64,000 nucleotides of DNA from Vicinamibacteria bacterium (lineage in GTDB: Bacteria > Acidobacteriota > Vicinamibacteria > Fen-336 > JAGNNV01): assembly GCA_019694155.1 (NCBI GenBank), contig JAIBCN010000181.1, positions 6,523-70,522 on the forward strand. Reading direction: 5' to 3'. Both the position numbers and the translations under genes were made by a program. Positions 34,372 through 44,170 of the stretch are shown in pieces; the first letter of the stretch is position 1; every line of letters starts with the position of its first letter. The notes beneath the pieces are model-generated. The model saw only the letters and a program-made list of their open reading frames with translations, was not told the origin of the DNA and did not search any database.

Positions 34372-35374
34372 ACTCGCGCCGGGATACTCGATATCCCGGA
34401 TCATCAAGGGGGGGTGGCAACTCGCTCTCGGCCACAGCAACGTCCCCCCTGCGGCGCAGGCTCACGCCGACATGGCGGCCTTCGTGGACGCGGGCATCAC
34501 CACCTTCGACTGCGCGGACATCTACACGGGCGTCGAGGAGCTGATCGGCTCATTCGAGCCGCGCTCCGCGCGGGCCGTCCAGGTGCACACGAAGTACGTG
34601 CCGGACCTGGCGACTCTCGACACCGTCGACTGGGCGGTGACCAGGGCCATCATCGACAGATCGTGCACGAGGTTGCGCCGCGCGGCCCTGGATCTCGTGC
34701 AGTTTCACTGGTGGGACTATTCGGTGGACCGGTATGTCGAGACCGGGCTTCATCTCGAACGCCTGCGGGCGGACGGGGTCATTCGGCACATCGGCGTCAC
34801 CAACTTCGATACCCCGCGCCTCCGTACTCTCCTCGACGCGGGGATCCACGTGGTGTCGCATCAGGTCCAATACTCGCTCCTCGATCGACGACCGGTGGGG
34901 GGCATGACGGAGCTTTGCTCCGCCCGGAACATCCGCTTCCTCTGCTACGGCTCCGTGCTCGGCGGCTTTCTTTCGGAGCGCTGGCTGGGAGTCGCCGAAC
35001 CCAAAGGCGCTCTCGAGAACCGGTCCCTCACGAAGTACAAGCTGATCATCGACGAGGCCCTCGGCTGGGACGGATTCCAGGCGCTCCTCCGCAGCCTTCG
35101 TGGCATCTCGGCTCGGCACGGCGTCTCCATCGGCGCCATCGGCATCGCCTGGGTGCTGGCCCAGCCCCAGGTGGCCGCGGCCATCGTGGGCGCGCGGAAC
35201 GCGATCCATCTGAAGGAGACCCTCGCCGCCCTCGATGTCCGCCTCGACTCGGGCGACCTGGCCGCGATCGAGCAGGCTCGCGGCCGCGGCATTGCGGGCG
35301 ATATCTACGAGCTCGAGCGCGACCGCAACGGCCCCCACGGAAGGATCATGAAGTACGACCTGAACCGCCGCTGA
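34361..35374 (+). CDS. Aldo/keto reductase family oxidoreductase
   Basis: AKR fold motifs (DCADIYTG; IGVTNF; GSVLGGG-like). 337 aa. Confidence 0.9.
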   Translation: MRTELAPGYSISRIIKGGWQLALGHSNVPPAAQAHADMAAFVDAGITTFDCADIYTGVEELIGSFEPRSARAVQVHTKYVPDLATLDTVDWAVTRAIIDRSCTRLRRAALDLVQFHWWDYSVDRYVETGLHLERLRADGVIRHIGVTNFDTPRLRTLLDAGIHVVSHQVQYSLLDRRPVGGMTELCSARNIRFLCYGSVLGGFLSERWLGVAEPKGALENRSLTKYKLIIDEALGWDGFQALLRSLRGISARHGVSIGAIGIAWVLAQPQVAAAIVGARNAIHLKETLAALDVRLDSGDLAAIEQARGRGIAGDIYELERDRNGPHGRIMKYDLNRR

Positions 35375-35386
35375 GGATCGAGACGA

Positions 35387-37069
35387 TCAGCGCGGGATCC
35401 GCACGGCGTGGACGCTCTGATTCCGATTTCCCGCGCACGAATGTCCCACCGCGCAGATGTCGCCTGATTCGGTGAGATCGCGCAGGTCCGTCCAGGCCGC
35501 CCAGGCGCCGTCCGCGTTCGCGGCGATACCGATGTAGTCGCCGATGAAGCCGTATCGCTCGATCGCGCAGTTCTCGTTTGCCGCCGCCTTGACCACGTTC
35601 GACCCGGAAGTGCGCGGGTCGAAGTCGTGGGGCCTCTCCGACGCCGTGGACGTCGCCCCCACGGGCCGCGGCCGGGTGAACACCGGCCGATCGGCGCGCT
35701 GAACCTCCGGAGTGAGCCGGCTCACGCGCTGAACGGTGAGAGAGTCATCGAGGACCGCGGCGTAGACATCCACGCCACGGATCGGGGACAGCGGCGCGAA
35801 CTCCAGGTCGTTTCGGGAGTCGTACCAGACGGCAAAGACACGCCCGCCCCTCGCCGCGACCGACGGCATGAGCTGGTTGCCCCGGCCCGGATTGTCGATG
35901 GGCGTCGGCGTGGACCAGGTCGCCGCCCCGTCCGTCGATCTCGAGATGAGCGTCTGCGAGCGCCGGCTTACGGGGTCCAGCGCGTGGACGACCGCGAAGA
36001 GGCGGCCTGTCGCAGCGTCGATCGCCGGCATGAAGTACGAACCGAACCGGAAGGTCCCGTCGTAGCCCGACGCCCCGTACGCGGTGAGACCGGAAAGGCG
36101 GGAAGGAAGAAACGTCCAGGCGAGCGGGTCCTTGAGGCGGGATTCGAGCGCCGCGGTTCCGGACACGCCGTCGATGTCCGCCTTCACCACGTGCATGGCG
36201 ATCACGTTCGCCGCGCTCTGGGTGCGAAGGATGACGTAGAGCATCCGGTGGCCGTTCTGGGGGTCCCGCCCCAGGAGAGGCTGGTAGAACTGAGACTCGG
36301 CGGCCTGCACGGCCGGAACCGGAAGCCGGATCGGCGTCGAAAAAGTCGCGGCCCCGTCGCCCGAGATCGCGATCCATCCTCCCTCGGGCGCGAGGGCATC
36401 CGCGCCCACCGTGAACAGTCGCCAGCTCGCGACCACGACCGTGCGGTCCGACGGAGCATCCCGGTCGACGGCGAGCCAGTTCTTGTCGTTGAAGAGGCGC
36501 GCGTCGTTCTCGAGGCCGAGAAGCCGGACCGAACCCTGGATGAAGGTGCCATCAGGGTTCCGCCGCGATACCACCACGGCTGACGGGTCGCCTCCCGCGT
36601 TGGGTTCGAAGGCGAGGGCCGAGGTGTAGAGGACGCCATCGCGGTCGTAGGCCACCACGGGGTCGCTTTCGTGGGTCAGCGCGAGCGGCGTGCCCCGGGG
36701 GCGGCCGTAGGAGCCGTCGGTCACGCCGCTGACCCCGGTGTCCGGCGTCGCGTCCTCGAAGGCGAAGTTCTTCCACGAGGCGCCGTCGGCCGAAACGTAG
36801 AGCCCGTTCCAGACCCGGTTGTTGTAGGTGATATCCGCGGTCGGGCTGAATCGGTAGTCCTTGGCTGCCGCGGCGAGCCGGCCGCCCTCCGAGACGTCGA
36901 TCCAGACCTCGCCCTGAGGCTGGCGATTGATATCGTCCGTGTCCCTGGGCAGCCCCAGGGGCGCCACGCACACGCCCGCTCCCGGCCCTTCCGCGATGAC
37001 GTTGACTGATTGCGCGCCGGCCGTCCCGGAGAGAAGGAGGAGACCCGCGCCGAAGGCCAGTCGTTTCAT
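35387..37069 (-). CDS. Secreted BNR/Asp-box repeat (sialidase-like beta-propeller) protein
   Basis: Signal peptide. Asp-boxes STDGAATWSTP and SGDGAATFSTP. 560 aa. Confidence 0.6.
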   Translation of the reverse strand: MKRLAFGAGLLLLSGTAGAQSVNVIAEGPGAGVCVAPLGLPRDTDDINRQPQGEVWIDVSEGGRLAAAAKDYRFSPTADITYNNRVWNGLYVSADGASWKNFAFEDATPDTGVSGVTDGSYGRPRGTPLALTHESDPVVAYDRDGVLYTSALAFEPNAGGDPSAVVVSRRNPDGTFIQGSVRLLGLENDARLFNDKNWLAVDRDAPSDRTVVVASWRLFTVGADALAPEGGWIAISGDGAATFSTPIRLPVPAVQAAESQFYQPLLGRDPQNGHRMLYVILRTQSAANVIAMHVVKADIDGVSGTAALESRLKDPLAWTFLPSRLSGLTAYGASGYDGTFRFGSYFMPAIDAATGRLFAVVHALDPVSRRSQTLISRSTDGAATWSTPTPIDNPGRGNQLMPSVAARGGRVFAVWYDSRNDLEFAPLSPIRGVDVYAAVLDDSLTVQRVSRLTPEVQRADRPVFTRPRPVGATSTASERPHDFDPRTSGSNVVKAAANENCAIERYGFIGDYIGIAANADGAWAAWTDLRDLTESGDICAVGHSCAGNRNQSVHAVRIPR

Positions 37070-37075
37070 GGCCGC

Positions 37076-37864
37076 TTAGAACCTGCTCAGGAAACCGGCG
37101 AGCGCTTCGTTGAAAGCGTCCGGTGTCTCCATCGCGGTCAGGTGACCCGACCTCGGGATCATCACGAGCTCCGCGCCTTTGATGCCGCGCTGAAGGATCT
37201 CCGCCTCCGGCCGGGGCGTGATGACATCCTCCTCGCCGCAGATCACCAGGGTGGGGACGGTGATCTCACGCAGGAGCGGGGTCGCATCCTGGCGGGTGGC
37301 GAGGCCGTGAAGGCCGTCCGAGATTCCCTGGGGCGAGGCTTTCAGGATGATGTCCTTGAGTTTCGCGATGACGTCGGCGCGGGAGGCCTTCGTGGTCTCG
37401 CCCACGAGCTTCGGAAGGAAAGCGTCGAGGGCCGCCTGGGCGCCCTCCTTCATGACCTTCGCGGCGAGGTCTCCTCTCCCCTTTCGCGCCTCGGGGGAAT
37501 CCGCACCTGCGCGGGTGTCCACCAGAACGAGGCCGCGCAGGAGCGAGGCGTGCTTCTGCGCGAAGGAAAGAGCCGCGTACCCGCCCATGGAGCAGCCCAC
37601 GAGGACCACGGGCCCGAGGCGCAGCCGCTCGATCAGCACCGCCGCGTCATCGGCGATCCTCGCCATGGTGAGCATGGCGTCCCCCACGTCCGAGCCGCCG
37701 AAGCCGCGTGCGTCGAAGCGAACGATCCGGCAGCGGGGCGCGAGAGCCTCCTGGCCGTCCCACATGCGGAGGGAGAGAGGGAAGGCGTGCAGGAAGAGAA
37801 CAGCCGGGCCGGTTCCCTTGTCGGCATACTGGATATCAATGCCGCCGATGGGGATCGTCTTCAT
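37076..37864 (-). CDS. Alpha/beta hydrolase (3-oxoadipate enol-lactonase-like)
   Basis: GCSMGG nucleophile elbow, HAFPLS motif. 262 aa. Confidence 0.85.
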   Translation of the reverse strand: MKTIPIGGIDIQYADKGTGPAVLFLHAFPLSLRMWDGQEALAPRCRIVRFDARGFGGSDVGDAMLTMARIADDAAVLIERLRLGPVVLVGCSMGGYAALSFAQKHASLLRGLVLVDTRAGADSPEARKGRGDLAAKVMKEGAQAALDAFLPKLVGETTKASRADVIAKLKDIILKASPQGISDGLHGLATRQDATPLLREITVPTLVICGEEDVITPRPEAEILQRGIKGAELVMIPRSGHLTAMETPDAFNEALAGFLSRF

Positions 37865-38982
37865 GGTTCCACCGCCCGCTTCGCCGTGTCGTCTTCGTAG
37901 CGGGTTCGCCGTGCCGATTCGGATTTCGCCCTTCGTCCCAGGGCCAGGCGCTCCTCCACGATGCGGTCGGCGACCACCCCGGGCGGCTGCTCCTCCTCTT
38001 CCGATCGCTGCCAGATGTCGGCGAGCCTCGGGCCGATCATGCGCACTCGCTCGACGACACCTTCCTCGTCGGCCTGCTTCGTTTCGTAGAGCAGGCTCAG
38101 AAGGCCGCCCGCGTTCACCACGTAGTCGGGCGCCCAGAGGATCCGTATGGAATTCAGCAGCTCGCCGTGCCGGGGCTCCTTCAGCTGTTCGTTCGCTCCG
38201 CCCACGATGGCCTGAACCTTGAGCCGCGCGATGGTGTCGTCGTTGAGGATGCCGCCCATGGCGTTCGGGGAGAACACGTCCGCTTCGACGTCATAGATGG
38301 CGTCCGGCTCCACGACCTTGGCCTCGAGCGAGCGCGCCGCCCGCTGCGCGCGCGAGGCCTCGACATCGGCCACGGTCAGCCGGGCCCCGTGATCTGCGAG
38401 GAGCTTCGCGAGGTGGAACCCGACGGCCCCCACGCCCTGGATCGACACGTGAAGTCCCGACAGCGTCCGCCCGAGAACCGCGCTCGCCGCGGCGATGCCT
38501 TCGAAGACACCGAGGGCCGCGAGATACGAAGTGTCGAGCGGCGAATCCTCGTTCGCGTGTGAGAGGTGCTTCGTGTGCCGCTGCATGACCTTGAGGTCCC
38601 GCGGTTCGATTCCCATGTCGCAGCCCGTGAAGAATCGCCCGCCGAGGCGATCCACCGCCTTGGCATAGGCCACGAGCAGAGGCCGCGTCTTCTCCCGGCT
38701 CGGGTCGCCCATGATCACGGCTTTGGCCCCGCCATACGGCATCTCCACCATGGTGGCCTTGTAGGTCATGGCCCGGGCCAGGCGCAGGGCGTCGACCACG
38801 GCATCGTCGTAGGTAGGGTACAGACGCATGCGCGTACCCCCCACACTCGGCCCGAACGTGGAGTCGTGGATCGCGATTGCGCCGCGCAGACCGGACTCCC
38901 GGTCGTGAAGAAGGACGACCTCCTCGTGACCGAGTTCGGCGCCGAGTTCGAGGGCTTTCAGTTCGCCCACTTCTTGAGCCAC
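37861..38982 (-). CDS. Glu/Leu/Phe/Val dehydrogenase family enzyme, leucine-dehydrogenase-like
   Basis: GLRGAIAIHDSTFGPSVGGTRM (matches Leu-DH [22 protein letters not shown]). Rossmann motif GVGAVG. A GTG start is inferred near 38982, inside the 579-aa track ORF. Confidence 0.8.
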   Translation of the reverse strand: MAQEVGELKALELGAELGHEEVVLLHDRESGLRGAIAIHDSTFGPSVGGTRMRLYPTYDDAVVDALRLARAMTYKATMVEMPYGGAKAVIMGDPSREKTRPLLVAYAKAVDRLGGRFFTGCDMGIEPRDLKVMQRHTKHLSHANEDSPLDTSYLAALGVFEGIAAASAVLGRTLSGLHVSIQGVGAVGFHLAKLLADHGARLTVADVEASRAQRAARSLEAKVVEPDAIYDVEADVFSPNAMGGILNDDTIARLKVQAIVGGANEQLKEPRHGELLNSIRILWAPDYVVNAGGLLSLLYETKQADEEGVVERVRMIGPRLADIWQRSEEEEQPPGVVADRIVEERLALGRRAKSESARRTRYEDDTAKRAVEP

Positions 38983-40940
38983 CCGAGGACCTCGTCGTAC
39001 CAGCGCACCGAGTTCTCGGCTTTCAGGACCCAGTGGTTCTCTTCGGGGAACATGACGAGGCGCGAGGGGACGCCCTGACGCTGAAGGGCGGTGAAGAGCT
39101 GAATGCCCTGCTCGATGGGCAACCGGTAATCGCGGTCGTTGTGGATGACGAGCATGGGCGTCGTGCACTGGGTGATGAAGTTGCTGGGCGAGAACTTCTG
39201 GTACTGGGTCTTGTCCTTGCCCCAGGGCGGACCGCCGAATTCCCAGTCGGAGAACCACTGTTCCTCGGTGGAGGCGGCCATGGACGGGAGGTCGTACACG
39301 CCGTCGTGCGAGACCAGGGCCTTGAAGCGCTTGGTCTGCGTGCACATCCAGTTCATCATGTAGCCGCCGTAGGAGGCACCCGCGGCGAGCACGCGGTCCT
39401 TGTCCACGTAGGGCAGGGCCGCGGCCACGTCCGTGCCCTTCATGATGTCCTCGTAGGCCTTGCCGCCCCAGTCCTTCGTGACGTCGTCGGTGAAGGCCTG
39501 GCCGAAGCCCGTCGAGCCGCGCGGATTGGGGCTGAAGACCACGAAGCCCGCTCCCGCGAAGACCTGGGGATTCCAGCGGAAGCTCCAGCTGTCGCCCCAC
39601 ACGCCCTGCGGTCCGCCATGGGCGAGGACGAGCAGCGGGTACCTCTTCGTCGCGTCGAAGTTCGCGGGTTTCGTGATCCAGCCCTGAACGGGCTTGCCGA
39701 GGGCGCCCGGGTAGGTGATCGATTCCGGGGGCAGCAAGGCGAACGCGGCGAGCGCCGCGTCATTCGCCTGGGTGATGCGTGTGACCTTCCCGCTCGCGAG
39801 GTCCACACTCACCACGTCCGCGGGCTTCACGAGGGAGTCGAGGGCCATGATCGCCTTCGAGCCGTCGCTCGCGATGGAGAGCTGGGTGAGGTGCCCGTCC
39901 GCCACCTTGCGGGGCGCGCCGCCCGCGGCGGGAATGGCGAAGAGCGGATTGGCGGTGCCGTCGCCCGCCGTGAAGTAGATCGTCTTCGAATCGGGCGACC
40001 AGGCGATCTCGTCGACGCTGCGGTCGAAAGGCTCGGAGAGGTTGCGCGTGGCTCCGGTCTTGCGGTCGTAGACGATCAGACGAAAGCGGTCGGCCTCGAA
40101 GCCCGCGCGGAACTGGGCGTGATACGCGATCATCGAACCGTCGGGGCTGTATACGGGCGAGCCGTCGAAGCCGGGAGTGGCCGCGATCTTCTTCGGCGTT
40201 CCGCCCGCGGTGGGCACCACGAACAGATCCGCGTTCGTCGAGGCGGATTCGTCCTTGTCGTCGTTGCGCCCAAACGCCACCTCGGAGCCGTCGGGCGACA
40301 CGTCGAAGTCGTTCGGCCCCGCGTAGGGCGGCACATCGGCGTCGCCGGGCGTGAGGTCGGTGGCCTGGCCGGTCTTCGCGTCGACCCACAGGACATGCGA
40401 ACGAAGGCCGTCCTCCCAGGTGTCCCAGTGGCGGATGAAGAGCTTGTCGTACACCCGGACGTTCTCGCCCTTCTCCTCGACCTTCTTCTTCGTGCAGGCG
40501 TCGAAGTCCGCGCCGGCGCACGCGGGATGGACGTCGCTGATCACCACGAACTTCCCTCCCGCCGCCCAGCGGAAGTTCGAAACCCCCTGCGAGAGATTGG
40601 TGACGCGTCGCGCTTCGCCCCCGGCCAGGTCGAGAACGTAGATCTGCGGCGCGCCGTCACGCGAGGAGAGAAACGCGATCTGCGACCCGTCCTTCGAGAA
40701 ACGCCCCTGCGAGTCCGACTTCGGATGCGAGGTGAGGGCGCGAGGCGCGCCGCCGGCCGCGGGCACGATGAAGAGGTCGGTATTCCGGCTCTTTCCGAGG
40801 TCGATGGTGGTCTGCTGGTAGAGCACCCACTTCGAGTCCGGGGAGATCTGCGGGTCGGCGAGCCGCTTGAGGGAGTGCATGTCCTTCGCGGTGAAGGCGG
40901 GCGCCGCGAGGGTGAGGGCGACGGAGGCGATGAGCATCAT
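38958..40940 (-). CDS. S9-family serine peptidase (acylaminoacyl-peptidase / DPP-like) with N-terminal beta-propeller, secreted
   Basis: Signal peptide. Propeller region with repeated SPDG motifs. GASYGGY nucleophile motif and a C-terminal His. Confidence 0.85.
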   Translation of the reverse strand: MMLIASVALTLAAPAFTAKDMHSLKRLADPQISPDSKWVLYQQTTIDLGKSRNTDLFIVPAAGGAPRALTSHPKSDSQGRFSKDGSQIAFLSSRDGAPQIYVLDLAGGEARRVTNLSQGVSNFRWAAGGKFVVISDVHPACAGADFDACTKKKVEEKGENVRVYDKLFIRHWDTWEDGLRSHVLWVDAKTGQATDLTPGDADVPPYAGPNDFDVSPDGSEVAFGRNDDKDESASTNADLFVVPTAGGTPKKIAATPGFDGSPVYSPDGSMIAYHAQFRAGFEADRFRLIVYDRKTGATRNLSEPFDRSVDEIAWSPDSKTIYFTAGDGTANPLFAIPAAGGAPRKVADGHLTQLSIASDGSKAIMALDSLVKPADVVSVDLASGKVTRITQANDAALAAFALLPPESITYPGALGKPVQGWITKPANFDATKRYPLLVLAHGGPQGVWGDSWSFRWNPQVFAGAGFVVFSPNPRGSTGFGQAFTDDVTKDWGGKAYEDIMKGTDVAAALPYVDKDRVLAAGASYGGYMMNWMCTQTKRFKALVSHDGVYDLPSMAASTEEQWFSDWEFGGPPWGKDKTQYQKFSPSNFITQCTTPMLVIHNDRDYRLPIEQGIQLFTALQRQGVPSRLVMFPEENHWVLKAENSVRWYDEVLGWLKKWAN

Positions 40941-41024
40941 GATGGTTGGTTCCTTGCAGGGCGAATCATGACTCTATCGAAGGCCCCTGTCGCAGCCCTG
41001 GCGCTCCGTCTGCCCGGAAATCGA

Positions 41025-43058
41025 TCAGACCCGCTCCACCTGCCACAGGATGTAGGCGTAATCTGAAGCGGTTTCCCGAAGGGCGTCGTACCGGCCCGAG
41101 GCCCCGCCGTGGCCCGCCTTCATGAGAGTGCGCAGCAGCAGCGGTGTGTCGTTGGTCTTGAGGGTCCGCAGCTTCGCCGTGTACTTCGCCGCTTCCCAGT
41201 ACATGACCTGCGAGTCGTTGAATGAGTTGCGCAGCAGGATCGCGGGATAGTCTTTCGCCTCCATGTTCGTATACGGGCAGTAGGACCGCATCACACGGTA
41301 GTCCGCGAGGATCTTCGGGTTCCCCCACTCTTCGAATTCGGCCACGGTGAGGGGAAGGTCTTCGTCGAGCATGGAGTTGATCACGTCGACGAAAGGCACT
41401 TTCGCGATCACCGCCTTCATGAGGTCGGGTCGCAGATTGGTGACGGCGCCCATGAGGAGGCCGCCCGCCGACCCGCCTTCGATGACAAGTCTCGACGACG
41501 ACGTATGGCCACGCTCGATGAGGCTCGTCGCGCAGTCGATGAAGTCGGTGAAGGTGTTCATCTTCTCGGCCATGCGTCCCGCGTCGTGCCAGGGCTTCCC
41601 CATCTCGCCGCCGCCCCGGATATGGGCGAGGGCGATCACGAATCCGCGGTCGAGGAGCGAGAGCCGGTGGGAGAGAAAGGAAACCGGGTAGGGATACCCA
41701 TAAGAGCCGTACCCGAGCAGGTGCATGGGCGCCGTGCCGTCGACCGGCGTGTCGCGTCGGCGGACGAGCGAGATGGGGATCTTCGTTCCGTCCTTGGCCG
41801 TGGCCGAGGTCCACTCGGAAACGTAGCGGCTGCGATCGAAGGATCCGAGAACCTTTGTCTGCTTGACCAGCGCGCTCTGGCCGGTCTCCAGGTCGAGGTC
41901 GAACACCGAGGGCGGTGTTACCAGAGACTGGTACGAGTAGCGGAAGGTCGACGTCCCGAACTCACGGTTGTCCTGGGGAAACGCGGTGTAGGTCGGCTCG
42001 TCGAACCAGGCCTGGACCCCGGGCGATCCGGCGTCAGGGAGGGACCGGAAGGAGGGAAGACCGCCCGCGCGTTCGCACAGGACCACATGCCGCTCGAAGG
42101 CGAGCACGGCCTCGAGCATCACTTCCGGACGATGCGGCACGAGCTCGCGCCAGCTTTCTTCGCCCGGGCTTTCCACCGGGGCTTCGACCAGCCGGAAGTT
42201 GCGGCCCCGATCGTTGGTGCGGATGAGGAAACGACCGCCCTGATGATCGAGTTCGTATTCGTGGTCCTGCCGCCGTGGGGCGACCATCCGGAAAGAAGCC
42301 TCGGGGGTGCCGGCGTCGAGGACGTGGAACTCGGCGGTGGTGTGCGACGCCTTGGCCAGGAAGAGGAACGCGCCGCTGCGCGAGCGGAAGATCTCGAGGC
42401 TGAAGCGCTCGTCGTCTTCCTCGCAGACGAGGACGGGTAGGGCGGCGTCAAAGGCCCGCACCCGGTAGAGCCGCGCCGCGCGCTTGGCATGATCCTCCTC
42501 GGTGAAGAAGATCGTTCTCGAATCGGCGGCCCAGGCCACGGAGATCGTCTTCTCGAACGTGCGGCCCCACAATTCACCGGTTCGCAGGTTCTTGACCTGC
42601 AGGCGGTACTGGCGGAAGCCCGTGTCGTCGGTGGAATACGCGAGCAGCTCGCCGTCGTCGCTCATCAGGTAGGCCCCAAGCGACATGAAGGAACGCCCCT
42701 CCGCGAGGGCGTTCACGTCGAGCGTCGTCTCCGCCGGAGCGCCCGCTCCGGTGGTTCGCCTCCGGTGGTGGATCGGGTACTGGCGGCCCTTCACCGTCTC
42801 CATCCAATGGTCGAAGCCGCGGAAGCGGTAGGGTGCGGTGGTGTCGTCCTCCTGGATCCGGGCGAGCATCTCGTCGTAGAGGGCGGCGGTCAGGCCGGAG
42901 AGGTGCGCGGTTGCCGCATCGGCGTACGCGTTCTCCGCCTCGAGATACTCCCGGACCGCGGGGTTCTCTTTCTCGCGGAGCCAGAAGTAGGGGTCGACCA
43001 GGGTCTCTCCGTGAAGGACGGTGGTCCTGGGAATCCGGGCGGCGACAGGGGGCTTCAT
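41025..43058 (-). CDS. ptrB: Oligopeptidase B (S9A prolyl oligopeptidase family)
   Basis: N-terminus DPYFWLRE. GGSAGGLL nucleophile. 677 aa. Confidence 0.9.
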   Translation of the reverse strand: MKPPVAARIPRTTVLHGETLVDPYFWLREKENPAVREYLEAENAYADAATAHLSGLTAALYDEMLARIQEDDTTAPYRFRGFDHWMETVKGRQYPIHHRRRTTGAGAPAETTLDVNALAEGRSFMSLGAYLMSDDGELLAYSTDDTGFRQYRLQVKNLRTGELWGRTFEKTISVAWAADSRTIFFTEEDHAKRAARLYRVRAFDAALPVLVCEEDDERFSLEIFRSRSGAFLFLAKASHTTAEFHVLDAGTPEASFRMVAPRRQDHEYELDHQGGRFLIRTNDRGRNFRLVEAPVESPGEESWRELVPHRPEVMLEAVLAFERHVVLCERAGGLPSFRSLPDAGSPGVQAWFDEPTYTAFPQDNREFGTSTFRYSYQSLVTPPSVFDLDLETGQSALVKQTKVLGSFDRSRYVSEWTSATAKDGTKIPISLVRRRDTPVDGTAPMHLLGYGSYGYPYPVSFLSHRLSLLDRGFVIALAHIRGGGEMGKPWHDAGRMAEKMNTFTDFIDCATSLIERGHTSSSRLVIEGGSAGGLLMGAVTNLRPDLMKAVIAKVPFVDVINSMLDEDLPLTVAEFEEWGNPKILADYRVMRSYCPYTNMEAKDYPAILLRNSFNDSQVMYWEAAKYTAKLRTLKTNDTPLLLRTLMKAGHGGASGRYDALRETASDYAYILWQVERV

Positions 43059-43147
43059 GCTTGTCGTGGAAGGCTAGTTCAACCGCCCGCTCGCCCGCTT
43101 TCCCGGAGGCTGCGTGTAGTGGTCCGGGGCGGGGTTCCCGAACGGCC

Positions 43148-43600
43148 CTAACGCGCGCCGATGGTCCGCGCGAAGTCGGGGACGATCCGTTCGTATTCCT
43201 CGGCCATCAGGTGGCTGGAGAGGATGAAGTCCGCGGTGGCCCGGTTGCAGGCGATCGGCGTGTTGTAGACGACCGCGATGCGAAGCAGGGCCTTCACGTC
43301 AACGTCATGGGGCTGAGGCTCGAGCGGATCCCAGAAGAAGATCACGAAGTCGATCCGCCCTTCGGCGAGCGCCGCGCCGACCTGCTGATCGCCGCCGAGG
43401 GGCCCGCTCAGGAAACGCGTGACCGGAAGACCGAGTTCCCGCGCGAGCAGGCCGCCCGTGGTGCCGGTCGCGAACAGCTCGTGCTGGCCGAGGGTGCCAC
43501 GGTTGTAGCGGGCCCAGTCGAGAATGTCCGTCTTGCGGTTGTCGTGGGCGATGAGCGCGATCCGCTTGCGGCGCTTCATCTTCACCGATTCGATGGTCAT
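43148..43600 (-). CDS. mgsA: Methylglyoxal synthase
   Basis: IALIAHD...ATGTTG...GGDQQVGA...DPxDxxAL, near-identical in motifs to E. coli MgsA. Confidence 0.95.
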   Translation of the reverse strand: MTIESVKMKRRKRIALIAHDNRKTDILDWARYNRGTLGQHELFATGTTGGLLARELGLPVTRFLSGPLGGDQQVGAALAEGRIDFVIFFWDPLEPQPHDVDVKALLRIAVVYNTPIACNRATADFILSSHLMAEEYERIVPDFARTIGAR

Positions 43601-43723
43601 GGGTCGCTCTGTTTCGGGCTTTCGTGCGCGGGCATCGGCGATCGTAACCGAGCGACCCCGACCGGACCGCCGGGGAGCGAGGAAGGTAAACTTCCGGTCC
43701 GTGGGCGGAGCGAGGAGTAGCCC

Positions 43724-44161
43724 ATGACGATCTCACCCACGGATGCGAAGGCGGCCGAACTCACGCGGTACCTCGACGCCCTCGATCGGGCCGGGCATCT
43801 CGGCTCCCGGGCGCTCGATCAGGCGCTCGGCAATCCGCCGCCCGGGTTGAGTGCCCACGAGATCAGCGTCGACAAACGGTTCACGCGGGTGAGCACCGGC
43901 CATCGCACCCTTCTCGGCTACAGCCCCGGAGACCTCGTGGGGAAGCCGGTTTCGAACTACGTGGTGCTGAAGGAGACGGCCGAGCGGGCGATGAGCCGCA
44001 AGCTCTCGCCCGGCGCCGTTCTTCTTCCCTACACGCGCACCTTCCGCAAAGCGGATGGCGGCGAAATCTCACTCCTCCTCATCGATCGCCATCTGAAAGG
44101 CGACGATGGCCACGTCACCGGCATACGCACCGCTTTCGCCGAGGCCCCGAAACCCTCCTGA
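43724..44161 (+). CDS. Stand-alone PAS-domain protein
   Basis: LGYSPGDLVGKPVSNYV matches the PAS consensus (ilGYspeELiGks). 145 aa, no output domain. Confidence 0.5.
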   Translation: MTISPTDAKAAELTRYLDALDRAGHLGSRALDQALGNPPPGLSAHEISVDKRFTRVSTGHRTLLGYSPGDLVGKPVSNYVVLKETAERAMSRKLSPGAVLLPYTRTFRKADGGEISLLLIDRHLKGDDGHVTGIRTAFAEAPKPS

Positions 44162-44170
44162 GGCCTCTCC

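Noticed and set aside
38877-41066. 729-aa plus-strand ORF
   Set aside because: Antisense to the S9 peptidase gene. Gly/Arg/Val-rich artifact.
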